Positions 26,184 to 37,662 of a stretch of 64,000 bases of DNA are shown here, piece by piece. How positions within the stretch are numbered: position 1 is the stretch's first letter; each line of letters starts with the position of its first letter. The position numbers were made by a program, and so were the translations under genes. The notes below the pieces were generated by a model. That model was not told the origin of the DNA, did no database searches, and was given only the letters and a program-made list of their open reading frames with translations. The DNA lies in the NCBI RefSeq assembly GCF_018977255.1, contig NW_024704745.1:21204001-21268000 (forward strand). Reading direction: 5' to 3'. The stretch is from Callorhinchus milii. Its lineage: Eukaryota.

Positions 26184-26635
26184 ACTATCCTCGCCCGACT
26201 CCACTGGCTTCCCATCATACAGAGGATACAGTTCAAGATCCTGGTCCTCACCATCAAAGCCCTCCATGACCTTGCTCCCACCTACCTCTGCGACCTCCTA
26301 CCATCCTGTTCGCTCCCTCCGCTCAGCGGGCTCCGGCCTGCTTCACATTCTCCGTCTCGCACGCCCTACTATTGGCAGGCGGGCCTTCTGCCACTTTGCC
26401 CCCACCCTCTGGAACTCCATCCCGCAGTCCCTCCACCTTGCCCCTTCCCTTGCCTCATTCAAGATCCATCTCAAGAACCTCCTCTTCGACCATGCTTTCG
26501 ATCTCCCTGCTTACCCTCCTGCCCTCCACCCTCCCCAATCCTGACCCCCAGCTTGAGTCCGAAACTCTGTTTGGCCAGCTCCTTGGAACATCCTCCCGAT
26601 GTGAAAAGCACTATACAAATGTAATTTTGTTGTTG
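26184..26635 (+). mobile_element. L2 3' fragment
   Basis: RPTIGRRAFCHFAPTLWNSIP..FKIHLK and tail. Confidence 0.9.
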
Positions 26636-27049
26636 AATTGTGACTAGCTCTAAATGGCATTGGCAAAAGCCAGGGATGGTGTCAGCTGCCTGCCTCTAAG
26701 CTGAGTGCAGTGTGTGGTGCGAAAATACCAATCACAAGCACACATTGTGTCCTCCTTGTCCCCAAAGAAATCACATGAGACACAAAGGACCATTCAAGTT
26801 TTATGAGCCACAGAAATATTTGAAATCTTGTTAGGAACTGGCTATACATATTTACCAGTTAGCAGATCAGACAGCTCAGTCCAGTGTGTGCAAAGCTGAA
26901 ACAACACGGGTTCCAGCCAGCTGAATGCACTGCCCAGGGCCTAATCCTGGCTAATTCACTGTGGACTACAGCCACTGCTCCGGCTGCTGTTTCACTTTGC
27001 CAGCATGCATACACGTCACAAACGGTTTGCAAGTTCTTCAGTTGAAGAC

Positions 27050-27476
27050 ACCTGGCTCAGCTGGTAGCACTCTTGCGTCCAATCCAGAGGGACCTGGACT
27101 CAAACCCCATTTGGGGCTTTGAACTCGCAGTTAAGGCTGGCACTGGGGGTGTGCAGCATTGTCCGAGGAGACATGCTTCGGATGAGACGTTAAACCGTAG
27201 ATCCCGTCTGCCTGATCAGATGGACTTTAAAGATACCATGGCATTACTCATAAAGAGAAGGGAATTTCTCACAGTATCTTGGCAATCAATCCCCCAACAT
27301 AAAATTGATCAGTTATTTCCCGGTTGTTTGTGGAACATTGATGTGTGGAAATTAGCTGCTGATTTCACCTACAAATACTGTCACTGCACTTTACAGTATA
27401 TCATGTGAAGCCCTTTGAGATGTCTCAACAATGTGATACGATGCCATATCAAATGCATGTTTCATTTTTATTATTA
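27050..27476 (+). mobile_element. DeuSINE-like (SacSINE1/AmnSINE1-type core) SINE, near full length
   Basis: tRNA-like head (tggctcagctggtagcactcttg) and Deu core TTCGGATGAGACGTTAAACCG...TTAAAGATACCATGGCA, which matches the recalled DeuSINE domain. L2-like tail. Confidence 0.8.
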
Positions 27477-28107
27477 AAAGATGAAAACAAAGTAAAATGT
27501 CAGGCGGATTTTGCAGTATTTCTTAATTAAGAAATCAGATTGGAGACTCCCACTGGTAACTGGAAATAAATCACCCAGGTCATTGTGACTCGATATTGTA
27601 TTCAGCTTTGTGCTTTAAAAATTCAGCCCTCCGAATGCTAAACTCTCAAACACGGTTAAGAAGAACCAGAGTCAGTTGAGGATGTTTAATGGTTGGGGGC
27701 GCCGAGAAAACAACCTCTCTGAGACATAAACTAAATCCTGGATAAGCTTCAACTTTCGTCAACTGAATGTCTACAAGACCAAAGTTTACCCTGCTTGGCT
27801 CTACCAGTGCCTCTGGCTCCAACTAAATTAACCTTCCTGACTGTTCGCTCACAGGGCTAGTGTGCACTCTCCACGATTTACTCGACTCTCACCTCTCCTT
27901 TAAGGCTTTTATCCAGTCATTGACCAAATTCACTGCAACATTACCTGTATTCACTCCTTCACCCTTAACACAAACAAAATCTCCATCGACTCCTTTGTCA
28001 TTTCTAGACAGGATTTCTCCAATGCCCCAACAGCATGCTCCAACCCCTTCCCAACTCAACCCTCCACAAGCCACAGGTCATCCCAAACTCCACAATCCTT
28101 TCCCATA

Positions 28108-28250
28108 ACAGCACGTGGGGAGAGTTAGAGCAGACAGTGTGCATGGAGAGTTACAGCAACAGTATGTAAGGAGAGTTAAAGCAGATAGTGTGTAGAGAGA
28201 GTTAGCGCAGACATTGTGTGGAGAGAGTTAGACCAGACAGTATGTGGGGT
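28108..28250 (+). repeat. Minisatellite, about 24-bp unit (GAGAGTTAGAGCAGACAGTGTGTG-like), 5-6 degenerate copies
   Basis: GAGAGTTA recurs about every 24 bp. Confidence 0.85.
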
Positions 28251-30540
28251 GATAACTTCCAAGGCTCCAGTCCGGAACAACCTTAAATTTAATGGCATCA
28301 CCTGACTAACAAATACAACTGCTCCATGTATTTCAATATGAAAACAATAATAATCCTTGCATTTGATATAGCACCTTATCACGTCTTTGAGACGTCTCAA
28401 ACACTTCACAGAATATACTGTACAGCAACAACTTGCATTTATATAGCGCCGCTCATGCTGGGTAGCGTCCCAGAGCGCTACAGTGATGTTAAATCGTAAC
28501 ATTTATGTATACGTAAATGTTATGATTTAACATTAAATACATTAGATACATAACGTTTGGTAACAAGGTGAGGTGGGAGGGACCTGTGATTTTTATTAAT
28601 CCTTGGATCTCTATCATGAACACTTTTACTGGTACCAAGAACACAATAGCAAAGCTCAGTTACTGTACAGTGGAGTTCAGTACAACAAGCGCTACCTTGC
28701 AATTAAAGGAATTCTTCAATCCAGCAATTATTTCCTAGTTTAACCATCAATGCTGTGATCGTTTGCCAAAAGGACACGCGAGAGAGGTCAGACGCGCCCT
28801 CCCCACTTTCAGACCTCAGCTCCCTTATTCTCTGTACACAATGGCCTGAGGCGTGCGCTCCGCAAAGATCTTGAGAAAATCTCAAAGCACTCTACACAAT
28901 CTGAAAGCTATTAATTATTTGATCGGTGGGAAGGAGGGGGGAGGGAAAAGAGAGAGGATAGACATCTCCACCACATCAAATAAGAAGGCTTGAGGCACAA
29001 AGGAAGACAGTCAGGCTGCACTGGAAAGAAAGATCCAGCCGAGAGACCAAGAGATAAACTCTGGGGTCCTCCAGATTTAATCAGTAAATCAAAACTTACC
29101 CACTCTGGATGCACACAGCACATGCCGAAGGACGCAGTACCAATACACAAATGCTTGGATTTCACTTACTAAACTGACTGAGGAGGAGGTAAAGCAGGGG
29201 CTATTCTACCGCTGGCCAGTACAGCCCAGGAACTGCAAGCTTGACTGGCCTTGTTGCAATGCACAGCAGCCAAGGCCGTGCATTCCTCAGGCACTTCAAA
29301 AGAGCCCCGAGAACAATAGAGCCAAAATCGTTTCTTGGCCGACGTGGGAGTAGAGAGACTCAGACAAGCAACAAATAAGAGGGAGCCCTGAAAGTATTCA
29401 GCTCTCAGGCTAACCTGCTTTTTGTTGGGGAGAGGAAGCAGCTACACTATCACACATGTGTAAAAGATGCGACTTTCTTCACTCAGTCTCAGCATTTCTC
29501 CCCCTCCCTCCTTCCTTCCCTCCTCCTTTCAGGTAATCCCTACTGACCCTTTCTTCTGATTGGTTTCCCATCCACAAACAAACCAAACACTAAAGACAGA
29601 GTTTCTCAGTTCAGGCTATTAAGGAGACCTGCTCCCCCCTTTTGGATCTCTTCCCCCTTCGCACTCCACGCCCACAACCACGGCAAAGCATTTAGCCACA
29701 TAATAGGTGACCTTACCAAACACAGCGCTCGCCATCAGAGGAAAAGACGTTTCTTCAAAGCTGAGCGGCTAACTCAATGCTCAGTGTTGGTGATGTGGGG
29801 TGTTGTTGCGAGGATGCTCTAGCACTTCTGGGCACTGTGCAAGAAAACATCCACCCAACTCAAGAAATAAAAGCAACAGTGCTTGTTCCACAAACCCACC
29901 TCTCAGGTTAGCGTTTGTTGCTACAGTCCTCCCGGATTCAAATCCCTGTAGTAAAACATCCCTTCAAACTGATATTCTCTCTCCCCCAGCATCAGTCAGC
30001 GTTTGACAGATGTGAGCTGTTCATAGTCAGAATGGGTGTTGTAAAGCACAAGGCTTCTGACTCACCTCAGTATCCCCCATCCCCGTCTCCCTGCCCCCAG
30101 TGTGGGCACCGGAATTTGAATTCTTGTAAGAATAAACTTGCATTTCTACAGCACCTTATAATAATAAATTAAAATGATCCTTGCATTTGATATAGAGCCT
30201 TTATCACGTCCTTGAGAGTCTCAAAGCACTTCACAGAATATACTGAAAAGTGAATTTTAAGACAATATGGTTTTACAGACCAGAACCAAGTGAAATCTCA
30301 GGCCTCTGGAATTCAAAGGAGGTTGTTACAAAGGAGCAAACCCACAATTGAAGGGTTCAGGGGACTTTTCAATAATCCTCAAGTAATTTACCAAATCCTC
30401 AAGTAATTTACACCTTATTTAAATCCTTAGGTTATGTTATTGTTAACACCCATTCACCTAACTTTTATTTCCAGTGTGCCCACTCCACCTGTTTAAAATC
30501 ATCACCTGCAAAAGTTTCAAATGACTGATATAGTAAGCAA

Positions 30541-30843
30541 GGAGTCCTGTAGCTCAGTGGTTAGAGCACTCGCTTTGCAAGCAAGAGACCTGGGTTCGAT
30601 TCCCGGCAGGGTGAAGCCTTGGGCAAGTTTCCTTACTCCAATAATAATCCCTCAAAAAAATAATAAATTGGTCATTTCAATTCACGACTGTTTGTGGGAC
30701 ACTGCTGTGTGCAATTGGCTGCTGCATTTCGTCCACAAATATACAATCAATTCACTTTACAGTCTATTCTGTGAAGCGCTTTAAGACGTCTAGAAGACGT
30801 GAAAAGCGCGATATCAAATGCAAAGATTATTGTTATTATTATT
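30541..30843 (+). mobile_element. tRNA-Ala-derived SINE, full length
   Basis: A box TAGCTCAGTGG, anticodon-like ctttgcaa, B box GGTTCGATTCC, body, hairpin tail and (TAT)n. Possible AAGGA target-site duplication. Confidence 0.9.
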
Positions 30844-32151
30844 AAGGAATCGGTTTGAAAATGAGTGTCAGTGGCTGCGGTTGAGGGAATTAATGCTTTG
30901 AAAATAAAAAAACAAATAGGGGTAAAATTTGAGGCATTTAACTTAGTTAAGAGGAACTGCAACGAATACTACAGCAGGTGACACCCCTCTCTCCAGGGCT
31001 TGTCAGGTTACTTGCGGTGACTCAACAAAAACAACAACAACTTGGACTTATATAACGCCCTCCACACAGGGTAGCATTTCAGAGCCCTTGAGGCAACCTC
31101 TTTCATTTTGCAAATTATAGGCTCACACTACGTTCTTTTTATTTTGTTGAATTTTCTTTTCCCTGGGTCGATCTCAATCCTGCTCTCACACAATCTCCAG
31201 TCAGCCACAGGACAGCGATCCCACAGGATCCTGGCTGTTATTTCCCTTTCTAGATCAACAAAATTGAGGCCAATTGGACTATATCTACAACCACCCAAGA
31301 TGGTAATTCAACGGAGACTGAGATGTAGCCAGGACTTACACAGTATTGGTTTCAGAATAATTTATAGTGAAAGATCTCAGTCTTTAGCTATTGACTAAAT
31401 TAGACCATTGGAGGTAGACTAATAAACATCATTTGCCCACAATTTGCAGAAAACAACATAGCTAAAGGTTATGTAAGGAGGTTCATATCAGTTCTGGATG
31501 TTGTGGAATTACTGAAAAGAAGGGGTGTTTTTTGTAGTGGGCCCAACATTTCTGTGTGCTCTTTTCTCTTTCTATCTTTCCTTTTTTCTTTCAATGTAAT
31601 TAACAGTTTCAAGGTCAGAATAGTTCATCACACCAAGCTGAACAGTAATCACTGTAACTTGAACAAATCTTTCAAGAACACAGTACTGCAAAAGATGCCT
31701 GCAGTCCAGCTAGCCAGACCTAAAATCAATTAAAAAAAGTTCTTCTGCAACCACTTCTTGCCACTAGGTGGAAGTCACTGGGTATCAATCGCTGCAGCAC
31801 AGCTCATGAGATGGATCCGAGTCCAGAGAATGGCAAATTCAACATCAACTGGGTCAGACAGGGCACCTCATTTTAACATAATTGTCTGAGTCCAATCTTT
31901 TAGGGTTCATGTTATAAGTGAAGCGTGAAAAAATGGCTGATTCTGGGTCGTCAGATCATGACTTATATCACTCCCTGCACATAGCCCAGATGAAATGGAA
32001 GTTAGCAGCATTTCCTGTATATTTTGCCCACAAAATATATAGTTAATTCACTTTTACAGTATATTCTATGAAGCTTTGAGACGTCTCGAAGATGTGATAA
32101 GGCGTTATTTCAAGTGCAAGGATTATTATTATTATTAAAGCATGTATGCAC

Positions 32152-32590
32152 AATAATAATCTTCTCATTTGATATAGAGCCTTTCATGCCAGGAGGACAT
32201 CCCAGAGTCCTCATTGTGGGAGTGGAATAGTGAAGTGGAATGACTGTGTGTCTATAGGCAGTCGTCCAATTGTGCATAGCAATGACCCACAAACAGCCAT
32301 GAAACAAATGATCAATTTTATTTGGGGGATTGTTGGGACAGGTCACTGGAAGAAACTCCCTTCTCCTTTCAAGTAATGCCACAGGATCTTTAACGTCCAT
32401 CTGAACAGGCAGATGTGATTTCGGTTTAACGTCTCATCCAAAGGATGGCCCCTCCAACAATGCAACCCACCTCCAGCACTACACTGGAGTTCAGATTGGA
32501 CTATGTAAGTTCAAAGTTCTGACATGGGGCTTGAACCCATAAGCTTCTGATTCAGAGGCAAGAGCGCTAACATTGAGTCAGACTGACACC
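32152..32590 (-). mobile_element. DeuSINE-like SINE, near full length
   Basis: Head, core ggatgagacgttaaaccgaaa...gttaaagatcctgtggca, body and tail. Confidence 0.8.
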
Positions 32591-35548
32591 ATGCTCAGAA
32601 AGTGACAATATGATGACCTAGAAGTCACACAGTTTTTAGTGCAGGAAGGCAGCTTGTCAGTGTCAGAAACCAGGTGTACCATGCTTTACAGGTCAACCTG
32701 TATCTGGGAGGAATGCGTAAAACAGGATTGCTCAGTAATAATATAATAATCCTTGCATTTGATATCTCATACCAGAACATCTTAAAGTGCTTCAGAGTTT
32801 TTTAATCAAGCAATTGCAGCAGCCACATGTCCTACAAATGGCCATGAAGTAAATAGTGCCATAGGATCAAGCAGACCGTTCAACTTTTCATCTAAAGGAT
32901 GGCATCTCTGACATTGTAGCCCTCTCAGTCAGCACTGCATTGTTGTGTCATGAGAGTCCTACCAACTAAACCAGGGTGACATGAAAGGAAGACGCTGAAT
33001 AGAAGCCAGGATCTTGCACAGAAAATAAAACATATGGATGAGACAGCTCATGCCATCTTGCTCCCATACCTTAGTGTTACTTTCTTGATCGCCATAAATG
33101 AGTTCACAAAACAGCATAGCAACCAGGTAAGTTACGGAGCATTGCTAGGATACAAAGGGGGATTTGCATCATCAACCAACACATTAAAATCAATTGCAAA
33201 TCGCACTGAATCTCTGGTTCTATTTACAGGATGAGAACATACCTGATGAGAACATTCATGTTCTTTCAAGGATGGGTTGTATCTAACATAAGAAAGGCTG
33301 TAATATTCCAACCCCCAAAAGAATTGGATCCTGTATATTTGTTAATTTACTCTAAACACAGAGCAACACTGTTATAATGTGGTCGCCTGGCTCAATACCT
33401 ATAAAGCAAGGGGTCAAAATGTCCAACTTCCAGGTGTAGTGTCACTTTGTGCACTACAAATCCGATCAATGTGGATCCATAAGACAGCAGCACTATAAAC
33501 ATATCTGCTTTCAAAATCAACAACATGGTGGACAGGGAGCATAGGGACCTTCTTGGATTACCCTGTTCTGCCTGGATACATCCCTTATTTCTCATTTGTG
33601 CTCAAATCTGGAGCTGCCACATATTGGAGACTTTTGGAGGTGTTTCTTGCTGTGAGAGAAACTGTCCATTTATTTTGCTCGTCAGCTTCACAGACAGGAG
33701 GTCAAAGTTTACAATGTCTGCCAGTCTCCTGCAACAACTGACTAAGCGAGCTGCGTTCCTGTGGAACGTCCCTGAAAATTCAACATCCAGTGGGACAGAC
33801 AGGGCACCTCATTATAACACCATTCTCCGGGTCCAATCCCTCAGGGGTCATGTTAGAAGTGAAGAGTGAAAAAATGGCTGACTTCAGGGTCGTCCGATCA
33901 CCACTGATGTCACTTTCACAGGCAGCAACAACAATGGCAGCGGACAGGGGTTTGGGCTGGCTTAAGGTCACACCAATCTTCTGGGAATTGAGGGGGATGT
34001 GGGTGGTGGAGGGGGGAGGGAAAGGCTGTGCTTAGACCCAGAACTAAACAGATAATTAAAGGCAATTTTTGGTTGCCATTTTTGATGATTTGATATCACG
34101 TCACACATCCCATTTCTCACCCCCATTTTTTAATGTATCATTTTCTAAAATATTTTATACAGTAAGGTGGTTCCTTGCCACTTCAAGTCTGCACAGACAT
34201 GAATGTTACATGACACTCACCTTCATCACGAGTGGTCAGTACACATCATTAACAAATAGTGTGGTAATCCTGCATTTCAAGGAGCCTGCGTTTCTCCAGC
34301 AAAATATAGAGTCAATTCACTCTACAGTGTATTCTATGAAGTGCTTTGATAAGGCGCTGTATCAAATGCAAGGATTATTATTAATTATTCAATGTGGACA
34401 TCTGCCCCTTTGATCAGTAGCTGAGTAGAGGGTTTAAGAATCCAAACTGCCCTCTTTAGCACTCTTTGATATGTCAGCTTTTGTTCTGTGAAACTCAAAA
34501 CTTCCCACTTAAAGTAGGCACCAGAATGATGCAGTGGATGTCACTACGTGACCGCCCTGCTTTTCATCTAATTTTCAGCTCTGTGTAATTATTCATCAGG
34601 TTGCGCATATCAGGTTCCTGGAGTTCAACTCCTCTCTAAATCACCCTCAACAGACAAGGGCATGGGTCCCACTCGCTCAGACACTAACTCAGAAGCTTTT
34701 TTGCATCCGTCCTTTCAACAAGTCCTCACACAGATGCCCTCATTGTTCTGGTCTGCACTTTGCATGTTGATGAGAACCACCACTAAACAGACAAACTGTG
34801 GCATAGACGTCACCCACCACAGCTGGAAATGCAACGCAATGAGAAGTTGAACAGCTCGGTGCAAGTGAGGCTACAATTAAAGGTAAAACCTGACTCCCAC
34901 TCCCAGTCTGATGATCAGTATCTATTCTTTCAATAACTCGGTTCAACAGAGTCCCTTATTACATACATAGCAACCTGTTCCTATGGAAAACAATGTCAAT
35001 TTGCGCCGGTGTGTGTACTAGCCAAGCAGTCTTGGCTTCCTGCACTAAAAATGTGGAACGCATTCTAAAGTTAGGCATCTATGAAAGACAAGATGCAAGA
35101 GTATATTTGGATGTTATTGTTCCAGTCGCTGGTCTTGGTTTGAGACAGCCAAGGCGAGTATCAAAATCAATGAATGATTAGTCCTTCTCATCTCATTCAC
35201 TATTGCCAATTTAACCCGATCACCGGTTCACTGATCAGGAATAAAATTGCGCCATCTTAGGTTTTAAAATTACAAATTTGAGTAATCAGTAGAAGATAAA
35301 TATTGAAGGTGTACACAAGGCAAATTGGAGAGTGGGATTAGATAAGGTGGCTCGTGTGAAAAATGACAGTGCAGACTTGATAATAATAATAATCCTTCAA
35401 TTTGATATAGCGCCTTTCATGTCAGAAAGACATCTCAAAGCGCTTCACAGAATATACTGTAAAGTGGAGTGACTGTATTGTGTGGGCGAATGTCCCACTT
35501 CTGTGCCTTATCCCAACCACCACCAAAAGCTTCAGAAGCTCTGTAACT

Positions 35549-35845
35549 CTGTAGCTCAGTGGCTAGAGCACTCAGCTCACAAACAAGAGACCTGGTTTTG
35601 ATTCTTAGTAGGGCAAACCTTGGGCAAGTTTCCTTACTCCAAATCCATGATAAGAATTCCTCAAGGAAAAAAAAATAAAATTGGTCACTTCAATCCACGA
35701 CTGTTTGTGGGACACTGCTATGTGCAATTGGCTGTCACGTTTCGCCCACAAATATACAATCAATTCACTTTATAGTATATTATGTGAAGTGCTTTGAGAC
35801 ATCCAGAAGACGTGAAGAGCCCTATAGCAAATGCAAGGATTATTG
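35549..35845 (+). mobile_element. tRNA-Ala-derived SINE
   Basis: Same head, body and tail as the copy at 30541. Confidence 0.85.
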
Positions 35846-35871
35846 TTAAAGAAAATTTTTTTTTTTTGAGT

Positions 35872-36414
35872 ACAACAACATTACATTTGTATAGCGCCTT
35901 TCATGTCAGGAGGACGTCCCAAGGCGCTGGACAGTGTACAGCATTTCAGATCCCAGATGGAGGTCAGGTGGGGAGAAGGGAGGAGAGGGGAAGGGGGTGG
36001 CCGATGGCACGGTTGAAGAGGAAGGTCTTGAGGCGGGACTTGAAGGAGGCTAAGGAGGGTGAGGTGGAGTGACTGGGGGGTGGAATTCCAGAGGTTGGGG
36101 GCAAAGTGGATGAAGACTCTCCTGCCAATAGTGGGGTGGGTGACGTGGAGCAGGCCAGAGCCGGCTGAGTGGAGGGAGCGGGCGAGTTGGTAGCAGGTTA
36201 GGAGGTCCCAGAGGTAGGGTGGGGCAAGGCCATGGAGGGCTTTGTAGGTGAGGACCAGGATCTTGAACTGGATCCTCTGAAGGATAGGGAGCCAATGGAG
36301 TCGGGTGAGAATGGGGGAGATGGGGTCACGGAGTTTGGTGCGGGAGAGGACATGGGCTGCAGAGTTCTGGATTATCTGCAGCCTGTGGAGGGAGGAGTTG
36401 GGAAGGCTGACAAG
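35872..36414 (-). mobile_element. L2 3' fragment
   Basis: ORF 35881..36471, LPNSSLHRLQIIQNSAA..LHWLPILQRIQFKIL; very similar to 10889-11875. Confidence 0.92.
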
Positions 36415-37454
36415 ACAGGGGAGGGCAGAAAAATTAGAATAGGAGACAGGTACATTTATGGATTCCGACATTTATGTTTAATTGCTAAACAAGCACAGAG
36501 TGGATGTACAGATTTACTATGTACACCCAGAGACTCAGGCTCATTGTCGAGTCTAGTGTTCAGTAACATGCACAGAAGAGTACAGAAAGGTATGCATGTA
36601 TCCACATAATGCAAATGCACGGGCCGCATTCGAGGTAATTACTGCTGAATGGATTGTCCCAGCAAAAAAAAAGGTCAGGCCCCACAGATAGATCATTTCA
36701 GAGGAAGTTCACTAGAAGTTGTTCGAAACAGGATCCATCTTCTTCTATCTTATATATATTATACTAACAAAACAACAATGTCTGTTTGCACTTCAAGAAG
36801 GATCTCAATAATCGATTGACGTATAAGCATGATTTATACTTCATCAGAAAGGTCTTGCATCTGGGAGTGACATGGGCATATTTGTTTTCAGATATCTCCT
36901 ATCGTTTGAGTTATTTCAGTTTTGCGCTGCAGGTACACCTGGTGGCCGCCGACTCAAAGTGGCTCTGTAGAATCCTGGTCACAAAGCACACACATAGCCA
37001 AGAGGCAGGAACAAAATAAAGAACACAGACAAAGCTGAGCTGCTGCAACAACAACAAAGTTACATTTTTAAAGCACCTTTCTCGTCAGGTGGACGTCCCA
37101 GTGATTATAAATTATACATTTATATTTGTCATTATAAAGATGCCTAAAGCGAAAATCAAACCTTTCAATGATAAGTAAAAATGCTAGACATAAGAAAGAA
37201 GGCCCATTAAACAAAACTGAAGAACAAAGTCCTCCCTCAGTGGTCTTCCCAGCTGAGTATAGATAAAGATGAAATGTCTGTCTGTGTGTCAATCTACATT
37301 CCATATTGGATCCTTCGGTTGCAAGTGTAGCTGCAACAGGTACAGCTAGTATTATATATTAGCTTTCAAGAGGGAAATAGATAAATATCTAACAGGAGCA
37401 TTTGCATGGGTATTAGGGAATGGCTGGCTAATAGGACTGAACAGATTGTTCGCT

Positions 37455-37662
37455 CAAAAATAATCCCTCCAAAAAAAAACAATAATAAATTGGTCATTTT
37501 CAATCCATGATTGTTTGTGGGACATTGCTGTGCGCAATTGGCTGCCGCGTTCGCCCACAAAAATACAGTCAATTCACTTTACAGTATATTCTGTGAAGCG
37601 CTTTGGGACGTCTCGAAGACGTGAAAAGCGCTATATCAAATGCAAGGATTATTATTATTATA
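37455..37662 (+). mobile_element. tRNA-Ala SINE, 5'-truncated, little diverged
   Basis: Body and an intact hairpin tail gcgctttgggacgtctcgaagacgtgaaaagcgc. Confidence 0.85.

Noticed and set aside
28108-28250. CRISPR-like array
   Set aside because: The 24-bp units are contiguous and degenerate with no unique spacers, in a vertebrate intron. This is a minisatellite.
30542-30615. tRNA-Ala(UGC)-like gene (also at about 9755-9829, 35549 and 58496)
   Set aside because: The acceptor stem does not pair well and each copy runs into an identical SINE body and tail. These are SINE heads, not tRNA genes.
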